A DNA stretch of 63,856 bases, the filler included, from Lama guanicoe (lineage: Eukaryota): NCBI GenBank assembly GCA_013239625.1. It is 205 parts of 205 records of this genome, joined end to end, with 100 filler letters (N's around TTAATTAATTAA, not from the genome) between each part and the next. Parts side by side here need not be neighbours in the genome. Positions count along the whole stretch, not along the records: positions 39,623 to 39,834 come from PNXV01036975.1; positions 39,935 to 40,146 come from PNXV01036976.1; positions 40,247 to 40,458 come from PNXV01036977.1; positions 40,559 to 40,770 come from PNXV01036978.1; positions 40,871 to 41,082 come from PNXV01036979.1; positions 41,183 to 41,394 come from PNXV01036980.1; positions 41,495 to 41,706 come from PNXV01036981.1; positions 41,807 to 42,018 come from PNXV01036982.1; 197 more parts are not named here. One strand, given 5' to 3'. The notes under the pieces were generated by a model. That model ran no database searches and was not told the DNA's origin. It was given only the letters and a program-made list of their open reading frames with translations. This document shows, one piece after another, positions 39,701-52,263 of the stretch. The first letter of the stretch is position 1. Each line of letters starts with the position of its first letter. The translations under genes were made by a program, and so were the position numbers.

Positions 39701-40558
39701 GCCACACAGATGGCACCTTCTCCATGACGCCTTCATAACTTGTTCAGACGAATGAGGGATGCAACCTCCCATCAACAAGCTGATAGGCCTGGCAGCAGCG
39801 GCTTCCACCCTGAGCTCCCCGGTGTGGACGGGGGNNNNNNNNNNNNNNNNNNNNNNNNNNNNNNNNNNNNNNNNNNNNTTAATTAATTAANNNNNNNNNN
39901 NNNNNNNNNNNNNNNNNNNNNNNNNNNNNNNNNNTGGAGGGCAGCTCCCCAAGGTTCCTAAAGCAGCCTACCGTCCTGCAGCCCGGTCTTGCTCTAGGGT
40001 CCTGGGGCCAGCAGACTTGTGGCTTTCCTGCTCAGCTGTCAGCTGATTTGTGTCAGTAACGGTGAGGAGCAAGCACCCCCACTCACCTCTGAGCCTTGGT
40101 GTGTGGCCTCCACTCACCACGTGGAATATTTCCATGGTGGAAAGCANNNNNNNNNNNNNNNNNNNNNNNNNNNNNNNNNNNNNNNNNNNNTTAATTAATT
40201 AANNNNNNNNNNNNNNNNNNNNNNNNNNNNNNNNNNNNNNNNNNNNTCCTAGCAACAAGTTTCATTTCCCTCTGCTTGCTCCCTAAACTTGACCATGTGT
40301 CACGGTCGCTAAGAAGGTTTTATATTGTACTGATCGCAGGGACACTTGATGATTCTTCCCTTCCCTGCCTTCTGCCTCTAATCCACCTCCCATCACTCTC
40401 CCACTCTCGAACTAACCCCCTAAAATGCTTTCCAAATGCTTTCAAGGAGAGTTGGCCANNNNNNNNNNNNNNNNNNNNNNNNNNNNNNNNNNNNNNNNNN
40501 NNTTAATTAATTAANNNNNNNNNNNNNNNNNNNNNNNNNNNNNNNNNNNNNNNNNNNN

Positions 40559-40770
40559 GTCCTTGTGTAGGGATTCTGTCCCTGTGCAAGTCAAGTGGAG
40601 GATGGCAACTTCAGGCTGAGCACAGGATTCTTGGAACAATGCCCATTTCCTCACCACCAACCTATCAGAAAATCACAGCCCCTGCAGCTCTCACCCCAAA
40701 TTTTGTCTTTAAAATGTCCTCCCTGAAAACCACTGGGAGGTGGGGATTTTTGACTGTATGCTGGGAACAT
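40559..40770 (+). mobile_element. ERV1-type LTR fragment
   Basis: CCTCACCACCAACC.ATCAGAA...CCCCAAATTTTG.CTTTAAAA...CCCTGAAAACCA..GGGAG resembles laurasiatherian ERV1 LTRs. Confidence 0.5.
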
Positions 40771-41874
40771 NNNNNNNNNNNNNNNNNNNNNNNNNNNNNN
40801 NNNNNNNNNNNNNNTTAATTAATTAANNNNNNNNNNNNNNNNNNNNNNNNNNNNNNNNNNNNNNNNNNNNATTGCCTTATGGCTATTTTCCTATTTTTAA
40901 TTTCTAAAGATCCATCTATACAAAAGACTGGGAGTGATTTTTATATTTCTGTAACTTTATTCAACTAGTTAAAAAAACTCTTTTAATTTGAGAGGAGGTG
41001 TTTTCAGAGTACCAGCGTTTGAATACTAAGTAAATAGTAGGAAATGCTGTATTGTCAATGAACAGCTGCCTTTGCATTGGCTNNNNNNNNNNNNNNNNNN
41101 NNNNNNNNNNNNNNNNNNNNNNNNNNTTAATTAATTAANNNNNNNNNNNNNNNNNNNNNNNNNNNNNNNNNNNNNNNNNNNNCATGTCCTCCACTAGTGT
41201 TTTTTGTTTCCTTTTTATTTCACAGAGCCTCCTCCGTGACCGCCACAGCCTTCCCTCAGTCCCACTCATGCGGCGCATGCGAACGCTACGTCAGTACGCG
41301 ACGGGTGTCGATCATGCCAGCTTTTGAACTTCCAGCATCCAGGGGCATTGACCCTGGTCTTCACAACGAGGAGCCAGTGCTCGCTGCTTTCTCANNNNNN
41401 NNNNNNNNNNNNNNNNNNNNNNNNNNNNNNNNNNNNNNTTAATTAATTAANNNNNNNNNNNNNNNNNNNNNNNNNNNNNNNNNNNNNNNNNNNNCACAAA
41501 ATGCTGTCTCTGCTTTCGTGACAGCTTGGTGGGAACCGTTCAGGTACAGGGAACTTGAGATTCTGTATGTTGTTGCTCATTGTCTAAAATTTTATATCGT
41601 AGAAGCTGTTAAAGGATGATTTTTAAAAGGCCAGAATTATGGCTCTCATATAAACATATACACATGAAAGAAATTTTATTTAAAACATGGATTAATAAAG
41701 AGAACTNNNNNNNNNNNNNNNNNNNNNNNNNNNNNNNNNNNNNNNNNNNNTTAATTAATTAANNNNNNNNNNNNNNNNNNNNNNNNNNNNNNNNNNNNNN
41801 NNNNNNTTTCAGCTCCATGAGGGCATGAGTCAAAGCTTTCATGAAAGTCAATTTTAAAATATGAGGAAACGCAA

Positions 41875-42018
41875 GGTAGAGGAATAAATTAAGAATTTAG
41901 GATTAACAGCTACACACTACTGCATATAATACACATAAACAATTAAGGATCTACTGTATAGCACAGTAGATATTCAATATCTTGTAATAGCCCATAATGG
42001 AAAAGAATCTGAAAAAGA
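41875..42018 (+). mobile_element. Cetartiodactyl L1 3' UTR
   Basis: GGATTAACAG.TACACACTACT..ATATAA...AAGGA.CTACTGTATAGCACAG...TATTCAATATCTTGTAATA.CC.ATAATGGAAAAGAATCTGAAAAAGA. Confidence 0.85.
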
Positions 42019-42814
42019 NNNNNNNNNNNNNNNNNNNNNNNNNNNNNNNNNNNNNNNNNNNNTTAATTAATTAANNNNNNNNNNNNNNNNNNNNNNNNNN
42101 NNNNNNNNNNNNNNNNNNGGGTCAGCGTTCTGATCCCCTGAGTGACTGAGACGAGGGGTGAGTGGGACAGCCCCAACTTCTGAGACTCTGGGATAAGAGA
42201 GCTTTTACTCTCTTGGAGTGTGTGAGTCCTTGCTTTGTTTCAAAATTAACTTTTTATTGAAATACAGTGCACACATAGCAAAAGTGCACACAGATTGATG
42301 AATTTTCTGCCTGTGCAACTGGCACCCAGANNNNNNNNNNNNNNNNNNNNNNNNNNNNNNNNNNNNNNNNNNNNTTAATTAATTAANNNNNNNNNNNNNN
42401 NNNNNNNNNNNNNNNNNNNNNNNNNNNNNNTGTTTATTTAAAACTTGTCACTTCTCAGTTGTATCGTGGCTTACTTTAATAAGTCTGAGTCTCACTGTAT
42501 CATTCACGGAGGAATCCATTCTTCTGACACTGTCTGATACTCAGATTTGATAAACGTGTTTTCCAGGTCTCCTCCAAGTTATTGGGAAACCATGAGACGC
42601 AGGCTAGAAAAGGCAGACTAATGTATAAATACACGTCTGATANNNNNNNNNNNNNNNNNNNNNNNNNNNNNNNNNNNNNNNNNNNNTTAATTAATTAANN
42701 NNNNNNNNNNNNNNNNNNNNNNNNNNNNNNNNNNNNNNNNNNACTTCATACTTTTTCCTGATACCTGTTAAATTTGCATTTTACATGTCTGCGATTGTCT
42801 GGTTACTGGTGATC

Positions 42815-42925
42815 TATTAACTAAACTATAAGCTTTATGGGCAGGGGTTTTATCTATTTTCACTCATCATTACATGCTCAGCATTGAGTACAATGGATGG
42901 TCAATATATATTTGCTGAATGAAAA
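42815..42925 (+). mobile_element. L2 3' end
   Basis: AAACTATAAGCTTTATGGGCAGGGG...TCACT...TCAATATATATTTGCTGAATGAA. Confidence 0.65.
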
Positions 42926-43054
42926 AAATTGGCAAACATTTTATCTCACACATANNNNNNNNNNNNNNNNNNNNNNNNNNNNNNNNNNNNNNNNNNNNTT
43001 AATTAATTAANNNNNNNNNNNNNNNNNNNNNNNNNNNNNNNNNNNNNNNNNNNN

Positions 43055-43266
43055 CCAGGAGGCCTTGAGGCTCAAGATGATGGGAGATTTAACTTCTAGC
43101 AGACCTAGAGCTTCATTGTACGCCCATTGTAATACAAGCGTGGTGAATAGCATGCCCGCAGGCGCCGCAGCCGTCCCAGGGCTGGCCACAGTAGGTCGGA
43201 GTGGGAAAAGGCCAACCTCCTGGGAACCCCAGCCCCTTCCCCAGGCTACTTAGACTGATCCTTCCA
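43055..43266 (+). mobile_element. ERV1 LTR fragment (MER41-like cetartiodactyl family)
   Basis: CAGGCGCC...CCAGGGCTG.CCA...AGTGGG....CCAA..TCCTGG.AA.CCCAGCCCCTTCCCCA. Confidence 0.55.
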
Positions 43267-43678
43267 NNNNNNNNNNNNNNNNNNNNNNNNNNNNNNNNNN
43301 NNNNNNNNNNTTAATTAATTAANNNNNNNNNNNNNNNNNNNNNNNNNNNNNNNNNNNNNNNNNNNNGGGGGAAAGAGGAATGGAGGGAGCAGAGGCAGAA
43401 AGGCTGGAAGCCTATTCGGTAGGCAAGGGTAAGTGAGAAGGCCCCTCTCTGTTTCTTAACACTCTTCCCTTGCAGTCGCCCTCGAGTCCCGCCACACTGA
43501 CTCGCAGTTGTCACCTTGTCTGCTGCACCGAGATTCTGGGCTTTGGCTGGTGATGTTGGAATGTCCATTCTTGCTGGCNNNNNNNNNNNNNNNNNNNNNN
43601 NNNNNNNNNNNNNNNNNNNNNNTTAATTAATTAANNNNNNNNNNNNNNNNNNNNNNNNNNNNNNNNNNNNNNNNNNNN

Positions 43679-43890
43679 AATTTTTGAATGGATTTTTCTA
43701 TTTCTGCAAAAAATGCCATTGGGGTTTCGATAGAGATTGCATTGAATCCGTAGGTCATTTTAGGTAGTTTTAACATGTTATCCATATTCAGTCTTCCAGT
43801 ATATGAGCATAAGATGTCTTTCCATTTTTTTGGTGTTTTTAAAAAATTGTTATCATTAATGTTTATAATTGTCAGTGTACAGCTCTTTCA
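43679..43890 (-). mobile_element. L1 ORF2 (post-RT) fragment
   Basis: TTTTTCTATTTCTGCAAAAAATGCCATTGGG.TTT.GATAG.GATTGCATTGAATC.GTAG. Confidence 0.85.
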
Positions 43891-45550
43891 NNNNNNNNNN
43901 NNNNNNNNNNNNNNNNNNNNNNNNNNNNNNNNNNTTAATTAATTAANNNNNNNNNNNNNNNNNNNNNNNNNNNNNNNNNNNNNNNNNNNNTCAGCAAGTC
44001 CAGTTCCCCCCGACTACAGAGCAGAGCAAAGTGCAATACGTAGGGCAAGCTGTTTCAACAAGACACTGTCGTGGGAAGAAAGAGAAGAGGAGGACTATTC
44101 TAGATTTAAAAACAAATCTCAGAGACATAACAGCCAAATGCAATTCATGGTCCTTGATTGACCCTTAGTTTGAACAAAGACATTTGGGGGACAATTGTAA
44201 GANNNNNNNNNNNNNNNNNNNNNNNNNNNNNNNNNNNNNNNNNNNNTTAATTAATTAANNNNNNNNNNNNNNNNNNNNNNNNNNNNNNNNNNNNNNNNNN
44301 NNAGCAAGCACGGAAAGGGCACCCGGCAGGAGGCGGCTCCGCGCAGCGCTGATGGGGCTCTCCTGCCCAGGCAGGCGGACGGCTCGGGGCAGGGCGGGCT
44401 GGCAGGCCCGGGGCCTCCACTGTGCCCTCACTGCAGCTGTGAGTCTGGGTCTGAGAACCCCCGCGCTCCATGGAGACCCTCAGTACACACAGGGGAGGTG
44501 AGAGGGCCACTGCANNNNNNNNNNNNNNNNNNNNNNNNNNNNNNNNNNNNNNNNNNNNTTAATTAATTAANNNNNNNNNNNNNNNNNNNNNNNNNNNNNN
44601 NNNNNNNNNNNNNNTGACTTAGAACAGCAGCCAGCTTCCCTGACAATTCATCACTCAGGGTTTGAACTTCCTACTCATTTTGAGCCCTAAGGATTTCCAG
44701 AATTTTCTTGCAATTTTGTTTATTTATTTAAATAGGTTTTAAAAATATATTTCTCATAATTTTCATATATATATATATTTTAAGCAAGAAACTGTTCTTT
44801 TTTTTTCTTTTTAAAGATGTCTAGATNNNNNNNNNNNNNNNNNNNNNNNNNNNNNNNNNNNNNNNNNNNNTTAATTAATTAANNNNNNNNNNNNNNNNNN
44901 NNNNNNNNNNNNNNNNNNNNNNNNNNTATCACCTTCCATCTTACGGTATTCCATTATGAAATATATAGCTTAAAATTTGAGACTATATCTTGAAATTAGT
45001 ATCTCTTGAAAAAACTTTTGCTGGACACTTACCTACTTTTTAAATTTTCTATTCAATAGAAACAAATGATGCTTCATCTTAGTGATTTCATAATTGATTA
45101 TCCTGAAAATCAACATTTTCAAGTTTTGATATTTTATGNNNNNNNNNNNNNNNNNNNNNNNNNNNNNNNNNNNNNNNNNNNNTTAATTAATTAANNNNNN
45201 NNNNNNNNNNNNNNNNNNNNNNNNNNNNNNNNNNNNNNCTTATGTGAAAAAGCTGTACCTGCCTCATCTCCTCTGGAGACCCCCTGCCCTGTCGGCTTAC
45301 ACCACCAGCAAAATAGAATCACCAGAAGGGACTCTGTGGGATCCTGTATGACAGCAAGTTGGAAGGAAGAGTCGGAGCCCAGGATTTGCTGGCAGGATGA
45401 CGAGAGAAATACATGGTTCACTTTAGTGATGGCACTTTCCTAAGATGTAGNNNNNNNNNNNNNNNNNNNNNNNNNNNNNNNNNNNNNNNNNNNNTTAATT
45501 AATTAANNNNNNNNNNNNNNNNNNNNNNNNNNNNNNNNNNNNNNNNNNNN

Positions 45551-45762
45551 AATAAAATTGACTTTCTTCACAGAGGTATCCACATAAAAAGTTCCAAGGA
45601 ATCTTTTTAAAAGCTACTAAAACTAGTAAGTGAGTTTAGTAAGACTGCAAGATGCAATATAACAAAAATCAATTTTTATTTCTATATATCAGCAATGAAT
45701 AATTATAACTGAAACTGAAAAAAACATTTAAATTAGCACCTGAAAACATGAAATATTTAAAA
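45551..45762 (+). mobile_element. Old L1 ORF2 reverse transcriptase fragment
   Basis: AAAGCTACTA.AACTAGTAAGTGAGTTTAG.AAG..TGCA.GAT.CAA...AAAAATCAATT..ATTTCTATATA.CAGCAATGAA. Confidence 0.8.
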
Positions 45763-46798
45763 NNNNNNNNNNNNNNNNNNNNNNNNNNNNNNNNNNNNNN
45801 NNNNNNTTAATTAATTAANNNNNNNNNNNNNNNNNNNNNNNNNNNNNNNNNNNNNNNNNNNNGTAGGTTGCTACCTATGCTTCTGAAATTTCCAAAAGTT
45901 TCAGATTTAGGTCTCTGATTTCCTCAACAGGAATGGATACACTCATCCTCTGGATTCATCCCATTTGTCACAATTGGTAGGTCACAGAGTCAACAGACCG
46001 TTGGTATCGTCAGCGCATTGATCATAGGTATGACTGATGGTGACTTGACCTCTTCCTCCTTGACTATTAAATTTNNNNNNNNNNNNNNNNNNNNNNNNNN
46101 NNNNNNNNNNNNNNNNNNTTAATTAATTAANNNNNNNNNNNNNNNNNNNNNNNNNNNNNNNNNNNNNNNNNNNNAATTAAAGGTGAATCCATACCCAATA
46201 AAAATGCAGAAGAAAATCAATCTTTAGGCATATTTTTAAGCTCCTTATATAGATGTGTGTACATTTAATTGACTGGGTTGATCCCCCACTCCTACCCTCC
46301 CATCCCAACATGGGAGTGGAGAGGGTGCAAAGGAGGAACTACTTGCAGGGGGATGTGATCTCACTTATCAGCAAAATCAAGGACACNNNNNNNNNNNNNN
46401 NNNNNNNNNNNNNNNNNNNNNNNNNNNNNNTTAATTAATTAANNNNNNNNNNNNNNNNNNNNNNNNNNNNNNNNNNNNNNNNNNNNGTTGTTCCAGGGCA
46501 AATTTGGTTCAATGTCTGAATTTCTTTTTTTTACCTCTAGTGGCCAAAACACACTAAGCCATTTGTTATTTGTATTTTGCTAAGCTGTCAACTAAATATG
46601 TTTTACCCGTGATAAGTGTACATTTCTTGTGAAAAAAGTTCTCAAGCTCATATTAACTGACTTGATTTATTTTGTTTCTGGTATTTCTCTTTTCATGTNN
46701 NNNNNNNNNNNNNNNNNNNNNNNNNNNNNNNNNNNNNNNNNNTTAATTAATTAANNNNNNNNNNNNNNNNNNNNNNNNNNNNNNNNNNNNNNNNNNNN

Positions 46799-47010
46799 TA
46801 TTGCATTAAATTTCTCCTTTCAGATCTGTCAATGTTTGCTTTACATATTAAGATGATCTGATATTAGATGTGTATAAATAATTGCAATTGTTATAACTTC
46901 CTAGTGAATTGACATGTTTATAATTACATAATACATTTTTTGTCCCATTTTTGGCTAAACATCACATTTGTCTGGGACAAGTATAATAGCCACTCCTGCT
47001 TTGTTTCGGT
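46799..47010 (-). mobile_element. Old L1 ORF2 endonuclease fragment
   Basis: TTTCTCCTTTCAGATCTGTCAATGTTTGCTTTA.ATATT...ATAGCCACTCCTGCTTT. Confidence 0.75.
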
Positions 47011-48982
47011 NNNNNNNNNNNNNNNNNNNNNNNNNNNNNNNNNNNNNNNNNNNNTTAATTAATTAANNNNNNNNNNNNNNNNNNNNNNNNNNNNNNNNNN
47101 NNNNNNNNNNAGATGGCACCTGGAGGAGAGGAGGGGTTAACACCAGGCCTAGAGAGGGGCTCTCCTTCCCCACCTCACCCCCTACCCTTGGCCTTTAGGT
47201 GCTCGCAGGACTGAAGGTTGCCAGGTGGTGGGAGTTCTGGGCTGGAGTTCCAGCCCGATAGGAGAGATTAAGGCTCTCCTTGGTCCACCAGCACAGAAAT
47301 ACACCCGCCCCCATAGGCCAACNNNNNNNNNNNNNNNNNNNNNNNNNNNNNNNNNNNNNNNNNNNNTTAATTAATTAANNNNNNNNNNNNNNNNNNNNNN
47401 NNNNNNNNNNNNNNNNNNNNNNTAGGGACAGCTCAGAACTGAAGCCTTGTAAAAATGCTTCCACTTGGCGGAAAATGGTGCTTGCCATGAAGTTAATAAT
47501 AACAGTAAACTAATCTGTTGAGGAACAGGAGAGAGAGAGAAAAAAGAAAGTTACGTGATGACAGCTTTGCGATGCACATGCATACTGATATTTTAAAATC
47601 AATCTTTAAGACCTTACTTGACTGACGTATATTTNNNNNNNNNNNNNNNNNNNNNNNNNNNNNNNNNNNNNNNNNNNNTTAATTAATTAANNNNNNNNNN
47701 NNNNNNNNNNNNNNNNNNNNNNNNNNNNNNNNNNACTTTGACGACCACAGCGATTTCATTTGGCTCAACGCTCGCCACAGCCTCGGAGCACACGTAGGAC
47801 AGATGAAGTCCCACGTCTTCTTCAGTGTGGCTAGAACAGAGCTGGAATCCAAGTCTTCCGACTCTATGAAGTCTTGTTTGAGTGCCCTCTGGCTTTTGGG
47901 GTAACACATTTCTGTAGCAAAATTCTTGCATGGCCCTTTTAAAGACNNNNNNNNNNNNNNNNNNNNNNNNNNNNNNNNNNNNNNNNNNNNTTAATTAATT
48001 AANNNNNNNNNNNNNNNNNNNNNNNNNNNNNNNNNNNNNNNNNNNNGGAGGCCTTGGGGACCTTGGAGCCTCTTAAGGTGGGGAGATTTGATCCCAGGGT
48101 GATATGGCAAGAGCCTGGCAGCGGCATAGGAGAGGGAGAAGGGGGCTCGAGGAGAGTGCCTGAGCCCGGATTGTGGTGGCGGTGATGGGGGAAGGCCCAG
48201 GCACTCCATGCAGCTTTGTTTCTTATCTGACTAGTAACTGATTCTTCTGTCCTATCTCNNNNNNNNNNNNNNNNNNNNNNNNNNNNNNNNNNNNNNNNNN
48301 NNTTAATTAATTAANNNNNNNNNNNNNNNNNNNNNNNNNNNNNNNNNNNNNNNNNNNNGCGGTGAGGCCCGCTTCAGCGGGCCTGTCATCAAAGCACCTG
48401 CTCCAGGGCAACCACGGCCTGCAGGTCTGCAGACCTGCGTATTTGCTCACCACGGCGCGAGGCCCAGGACAGAGCACTCAGGCCCAAAGGCCAGGACAGG
48501 GGCCCCCCAACTATGTTAGGTGACAAAACAAAGGAGACGAGTGTGGGGGGCAGGGGCTGCTGGTAGGAAANNNNNNNNNNNNNNNNNNNNNNNNNNNNNN
48601 NNNNNNNNNNNNNNTTAATTAATTAANNNNNNNNNNNNNNNNNNNNNNNNNNNNNNNNNNNNNNNNNNNNTTGAGGTCAAGTCTAAGTTCTAATCATTTT
48701 TGTAGCCTCAGTGCCTAAAATAAGTCCTACCACATAGTGGAAACTCAATAAATAAGTATTGCATCAAACTGAATGGACCATTCTTGCATACCTGCGTTGT
48801 GCCCGGCACACAGTGTACACTTGGCATCATGCGCAGTGGAAAGGTGAATCAGACATGGACCCAATGGGGCCTTAAGAAGCTCNNNNNNNNNNNNNNNNNN
48901 NNNNNNNNNNNNNNNNNNNNNNNNNNTTAATTAATTAANNNNNNNNNNNNNNNNNNNNNNNNNNNNNNNNNNNNNNNNNNNN

Positions 48983-49194
48983 ACCAGGGAAAGGGAGTGG
49001 GAAGGGATAAATTTGGGAGTTTGAGATTTACGAGTGGTAGCCACTATATATAAAAATAGATTTTAAAAAAAGTTTCTTTTGTATAGTCCAGGAAACTATG
49101 TTCAATATCTTGTAATAAACGTTAATGGAAAAAAATATGAAAACGATATATGTATGTATATGCATGACTGGGACATCATGCTGTACACCAGAAA
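48983..49194 (+). mobile_element. Camelid-type L1 3' UTR
   Basis: GGGAAGGGATAAATTTGGGAGTTTGAGATTT...CCACTATATATAAAAATAGA...TATATGCATGACTGGGACAT..TGCTGTACACCAGAAA. Confidence 0.85.
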
Positions 49195-51166
49195 NNNNNN
49201 NNNNNNNNNNNNNNNNNNNNNNNNNNNNNNNNNNNNNNTTAATTAATTAANNNNNNNNNNNNNNNNNNNNNNNNNNNNNNNNNNNNNNNNNNNNGACATT
49301 GGGGATGACTCACTGACACTGGGCTTCTAGCACAACCCCCTAGATTTCCATGGCAGCCAGAATAATGGTAACTCTCAGGGTGACCAGCTAAGGGATTCCA
49401 TTTGAACAAACGTGTTGCCGACATTTGTTCGTTCCTCCCCTCGCTGAAGATTCCAGAACACTTCTGTGTGCGTGTGGGAGCTCAAGAGACACGTCCAAGC
49501 AACTATNNNNNNNNNNNNNNNNNNNNNNNNNNNNNNNNNNNNNNNNNNNNTTAATTAATTAANNNNNNNNNNNNNNNNNNNNNNNNNNNNNNNNNNNNNN
49601 NNNNNNAAAAAAATGCATCTATGAGCATCATTTTAAAATTGCGGCTCTCAGATCTAAATGCAGTGTCAGAGTTGCTCCAGGCAAGATGTCCACACATCTT
49701 TTTGTTTATATGCCTCATAAAATGTTATTTACAATAACTGTTTGTCCCTTCACACATTTAAGTTGACACCTAATTTTATCTTGGTCATTGTGACTGTTAA
49801 ATTAACATTCTTAAGTAGNNNNNNNNNNNNNNNNNNNNNNNNNNNNNNNNNNNNNNNNNNNNTTAATTAATTAANNNNNNNNNNNNNNNNNNNNNNNNNN
49901 NNNNNNNNNNNNNNNNNNAGTATCACACAGATAGTTAGTAGGTAGTTATGATGACCACCTAGAGGTCGAAGGCAGGATTGTCATCTGTCAGTCTACTCTG
50001 CAAAATGTAAAAACATAGAAGTTGTATTTATTTTTAAAAATAAGTCCAACTATGAATTGATTCAAAGGAAAAATCTCTCTCTTTCTCATTACAGATTAGA
50101 TCAGAGAAGTGGATAATGGAAATCACACTTNNNNNNNNNNNNNNNNNNNNNNNNNNNNNNNNNNNNNNNNNNNNTTAATTAATTAANNNNNNNNNNNNNN
50201 NNNNNNNNNNNNNNNNNNNNNNNNNNNNNNGTAGACATCACCCAGGACAATTAGTTCTGCTAAGGTCGCTGTGACTCAGAAAGGACTGTGCGTTATCTTT
50301 TTCAGGAGTAGGCGGATACGTAAGGGCTGGAAGTTCGGAGGTTGCAGGGCCTCAGCAGGCACCAGTTGGCACCACACCCCCCTTCACCCCCCCGGCACCT
50401 CTTCCTCCGGCAGCTGCAGATCTGGGCCAGAGCACCTGCGTTNNNNNNNNNNNNNNNNNNNNNNNNNNNNNNNNNNNNNNNNNNNNTTAATTAATTAANN
50501 NNNNNNNNNNNNNNNNNNNNNNNNNNNNNNNNNNNNNNNNNNTGAATAATGGACTCCTTATGGCCAAAGCATTCACATATGTTTTTAAGAAGATGAATGT
50601 TCACTTTTTAAGTAATAGAATGTTAAAAAATTATCTAGTCTATTATTTCTCTCTATGAGAGTAACATATTTAATCATAGTTTCTTCCATGAAGTGTCATA
50701 GGCTTCTGATTTACTTATTCAACAAACACTGAGTGCTTATTGTGTGCTAGCTAANNNNNNNNNNNNNNNNNNNNNNNNNNNNNNNNNNNNNNNNNNNNTT
50801 AATTAATTAANNNNNNNNNNNNNNNNNNNNNNNNNNNNNNNNNNNNNNNNNNNNGGCAAGTCCAGTCCTGGGGACAGAAAGGACAAGAATTCTGTCTAGA
50901 GAACAGGCCCAGTTATGGGAAACAATGAAACTGTTCACTAGCAGAATTACAACCCAGTAATACTAAAAATCCCATTTGAAAGAAATAATACCAAATTATA
51001 CGGACTTTGCTGTATCCTCTAGAAGAGGATAAAGCAAAAATGTTTAAAATGAAGTCAGAACAGAATNNNNNNNNNNNNNNNNNNNNNNNNNNNNNNNNNN
51101 NNNNNNNNNNTTAATTAATTAANNNNNNNNNNNNNNNNNNNNNNNNNNNNNNNNNNNNNNNNNNNN

Positions 51167-51378
51167 CCATCGCGTCGGGGCCGGGCTGCGCGGCGGGCGC
51201 GGGGCTAGCGGCGCGCGGCTGCCGGGGGCCGCGTCCGGGACATGGTTGAGCCGCCAGGGCGGAGACGGAGGAAGACACGAGCGCGAGAGGAGCGGGAGCG
51301 GAGCTGGAGCCGAAGGGGCGCGCGGCTCGTCTGGGCTCGGCGGCCCCGGAACCGGTCACGTGACTACTGCCCGGCACC
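51167..51378 (-). promoter_or_regulatory. CpG-island promoter / 5' UTR with E-box, ETS site, uORF and probable start codon
   Basis: Very GC- and CpG-rich. GTCACGTGAC at 51355-51364 and CCGGAA at 51346-51351. Minus-strand uORF 51243-51205 (MSRTRPPAAARR*). GACGCGATGG strong Kozak ATG at 51170-51168. Confidence 0.75.
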
Positions 51379-51829
51379 NNNNNNNNNNNNNNNNNNNNNN
51401 NNNNNNNNNNNNNNNNNNNNNNTTAATTAATTAANNNNNNNNNNNNNNNNNNNNNNNNNNNNNNNNNNNNNNNNNNNNAATCACATCTTCCAGTCTTCAA
51501 TTTCCAGGTTATTGCTGAAGCAGGGTAATAAACTCCAATATGGTTTCTTGCAACTGCCCACTAAGATATCCATATAAGCTTCTTAAAATATGAAACTTTC
51601 AACAGCATTAGAAATCCTATCAACCACTTGACAGTGCCCCAAAAAAATTTAGACCAAGGTCAGCATAAAGCAGGCCAGACCGTGAAACACNNNNNNNNNN
51701 NNNNNNNNNNNNNNNNNNNNNNNNNNNNNNNNNNTTAATTAATTAANNNNNNNNNNNNNNNNNNNNNNNNNNNNNNNNNNNNNNNNNNNNAGCCTGCCAT
51801 GAGGTGTCAGACACCACACTGGGTAGGAA

Positions 51830-52002
51830 GTAGCCACTATGAGTTGATACTTCCGTGACATTCCTGTCAAAGATGCAAAACCTAAATCTAAGCAGGAAGA
51901 ACGACCAAGACCAAACCGAGGGTCATGCAACCGAACAGCTGGCCTAGCCCTTAGAAATATTTAAGGAATTGAAAGTCAAGAAAAGGCTAAAAAGAGATGC
52001 TC
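51830..52002 (+). mobile_element. L1MC/MD-type 3' UTR fragment
   Basis: AACCTAAATCTAA...GAGGG.CAT...CTGGCCT...GAAAGTCAAGAAAAGGCT. Confidence 0.55.
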
Positions 52003-52153
52003 NNNNNNNNNNNNNNNNNNNNNNNNNNNNNNNNNNNNNNNNNNNNTTAATTAATTAANNNNNNNNNNNNNNNNNNNNNNNNNNNNNNNNNNNNNNNNNN
52101 NNCACTCACGGGACAGAATTTCATTCGCCCTAACTGTGTGCCAGGTACCGGCA

Positions 52154-52263
52154 CGGCCAAGACCTGGAGGGAAGCGGCCAAGACCTGGAGGGAAGCGGCT
52201 CCTCCCTCCCTCCCTCTCTCCTCCCTCCCTCCTCCCTCCCTCCCTCTCTCCTCCCTCCCTCCC
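52154..52263 (+). repeat. 21-bp tandem duplication followed by a 2x30-bp pyrimidine tandem repeat
   Basis: (CGGCCAAGACCTGGAGGGAAG)x2 from 52154, then (CCTCCCTCCCTCCCTCTCTCCTCCCTCCCT)x2 at 52201-52260. Confidence 0.9.

Noticed and set aside
45863..46074. Possible endogenous viral or coding remnant (..IPVEEIRDLNLKLLEISEA*)
   Set aside because: Multiple stops and no recognisable family. It cannot be supported without a search.
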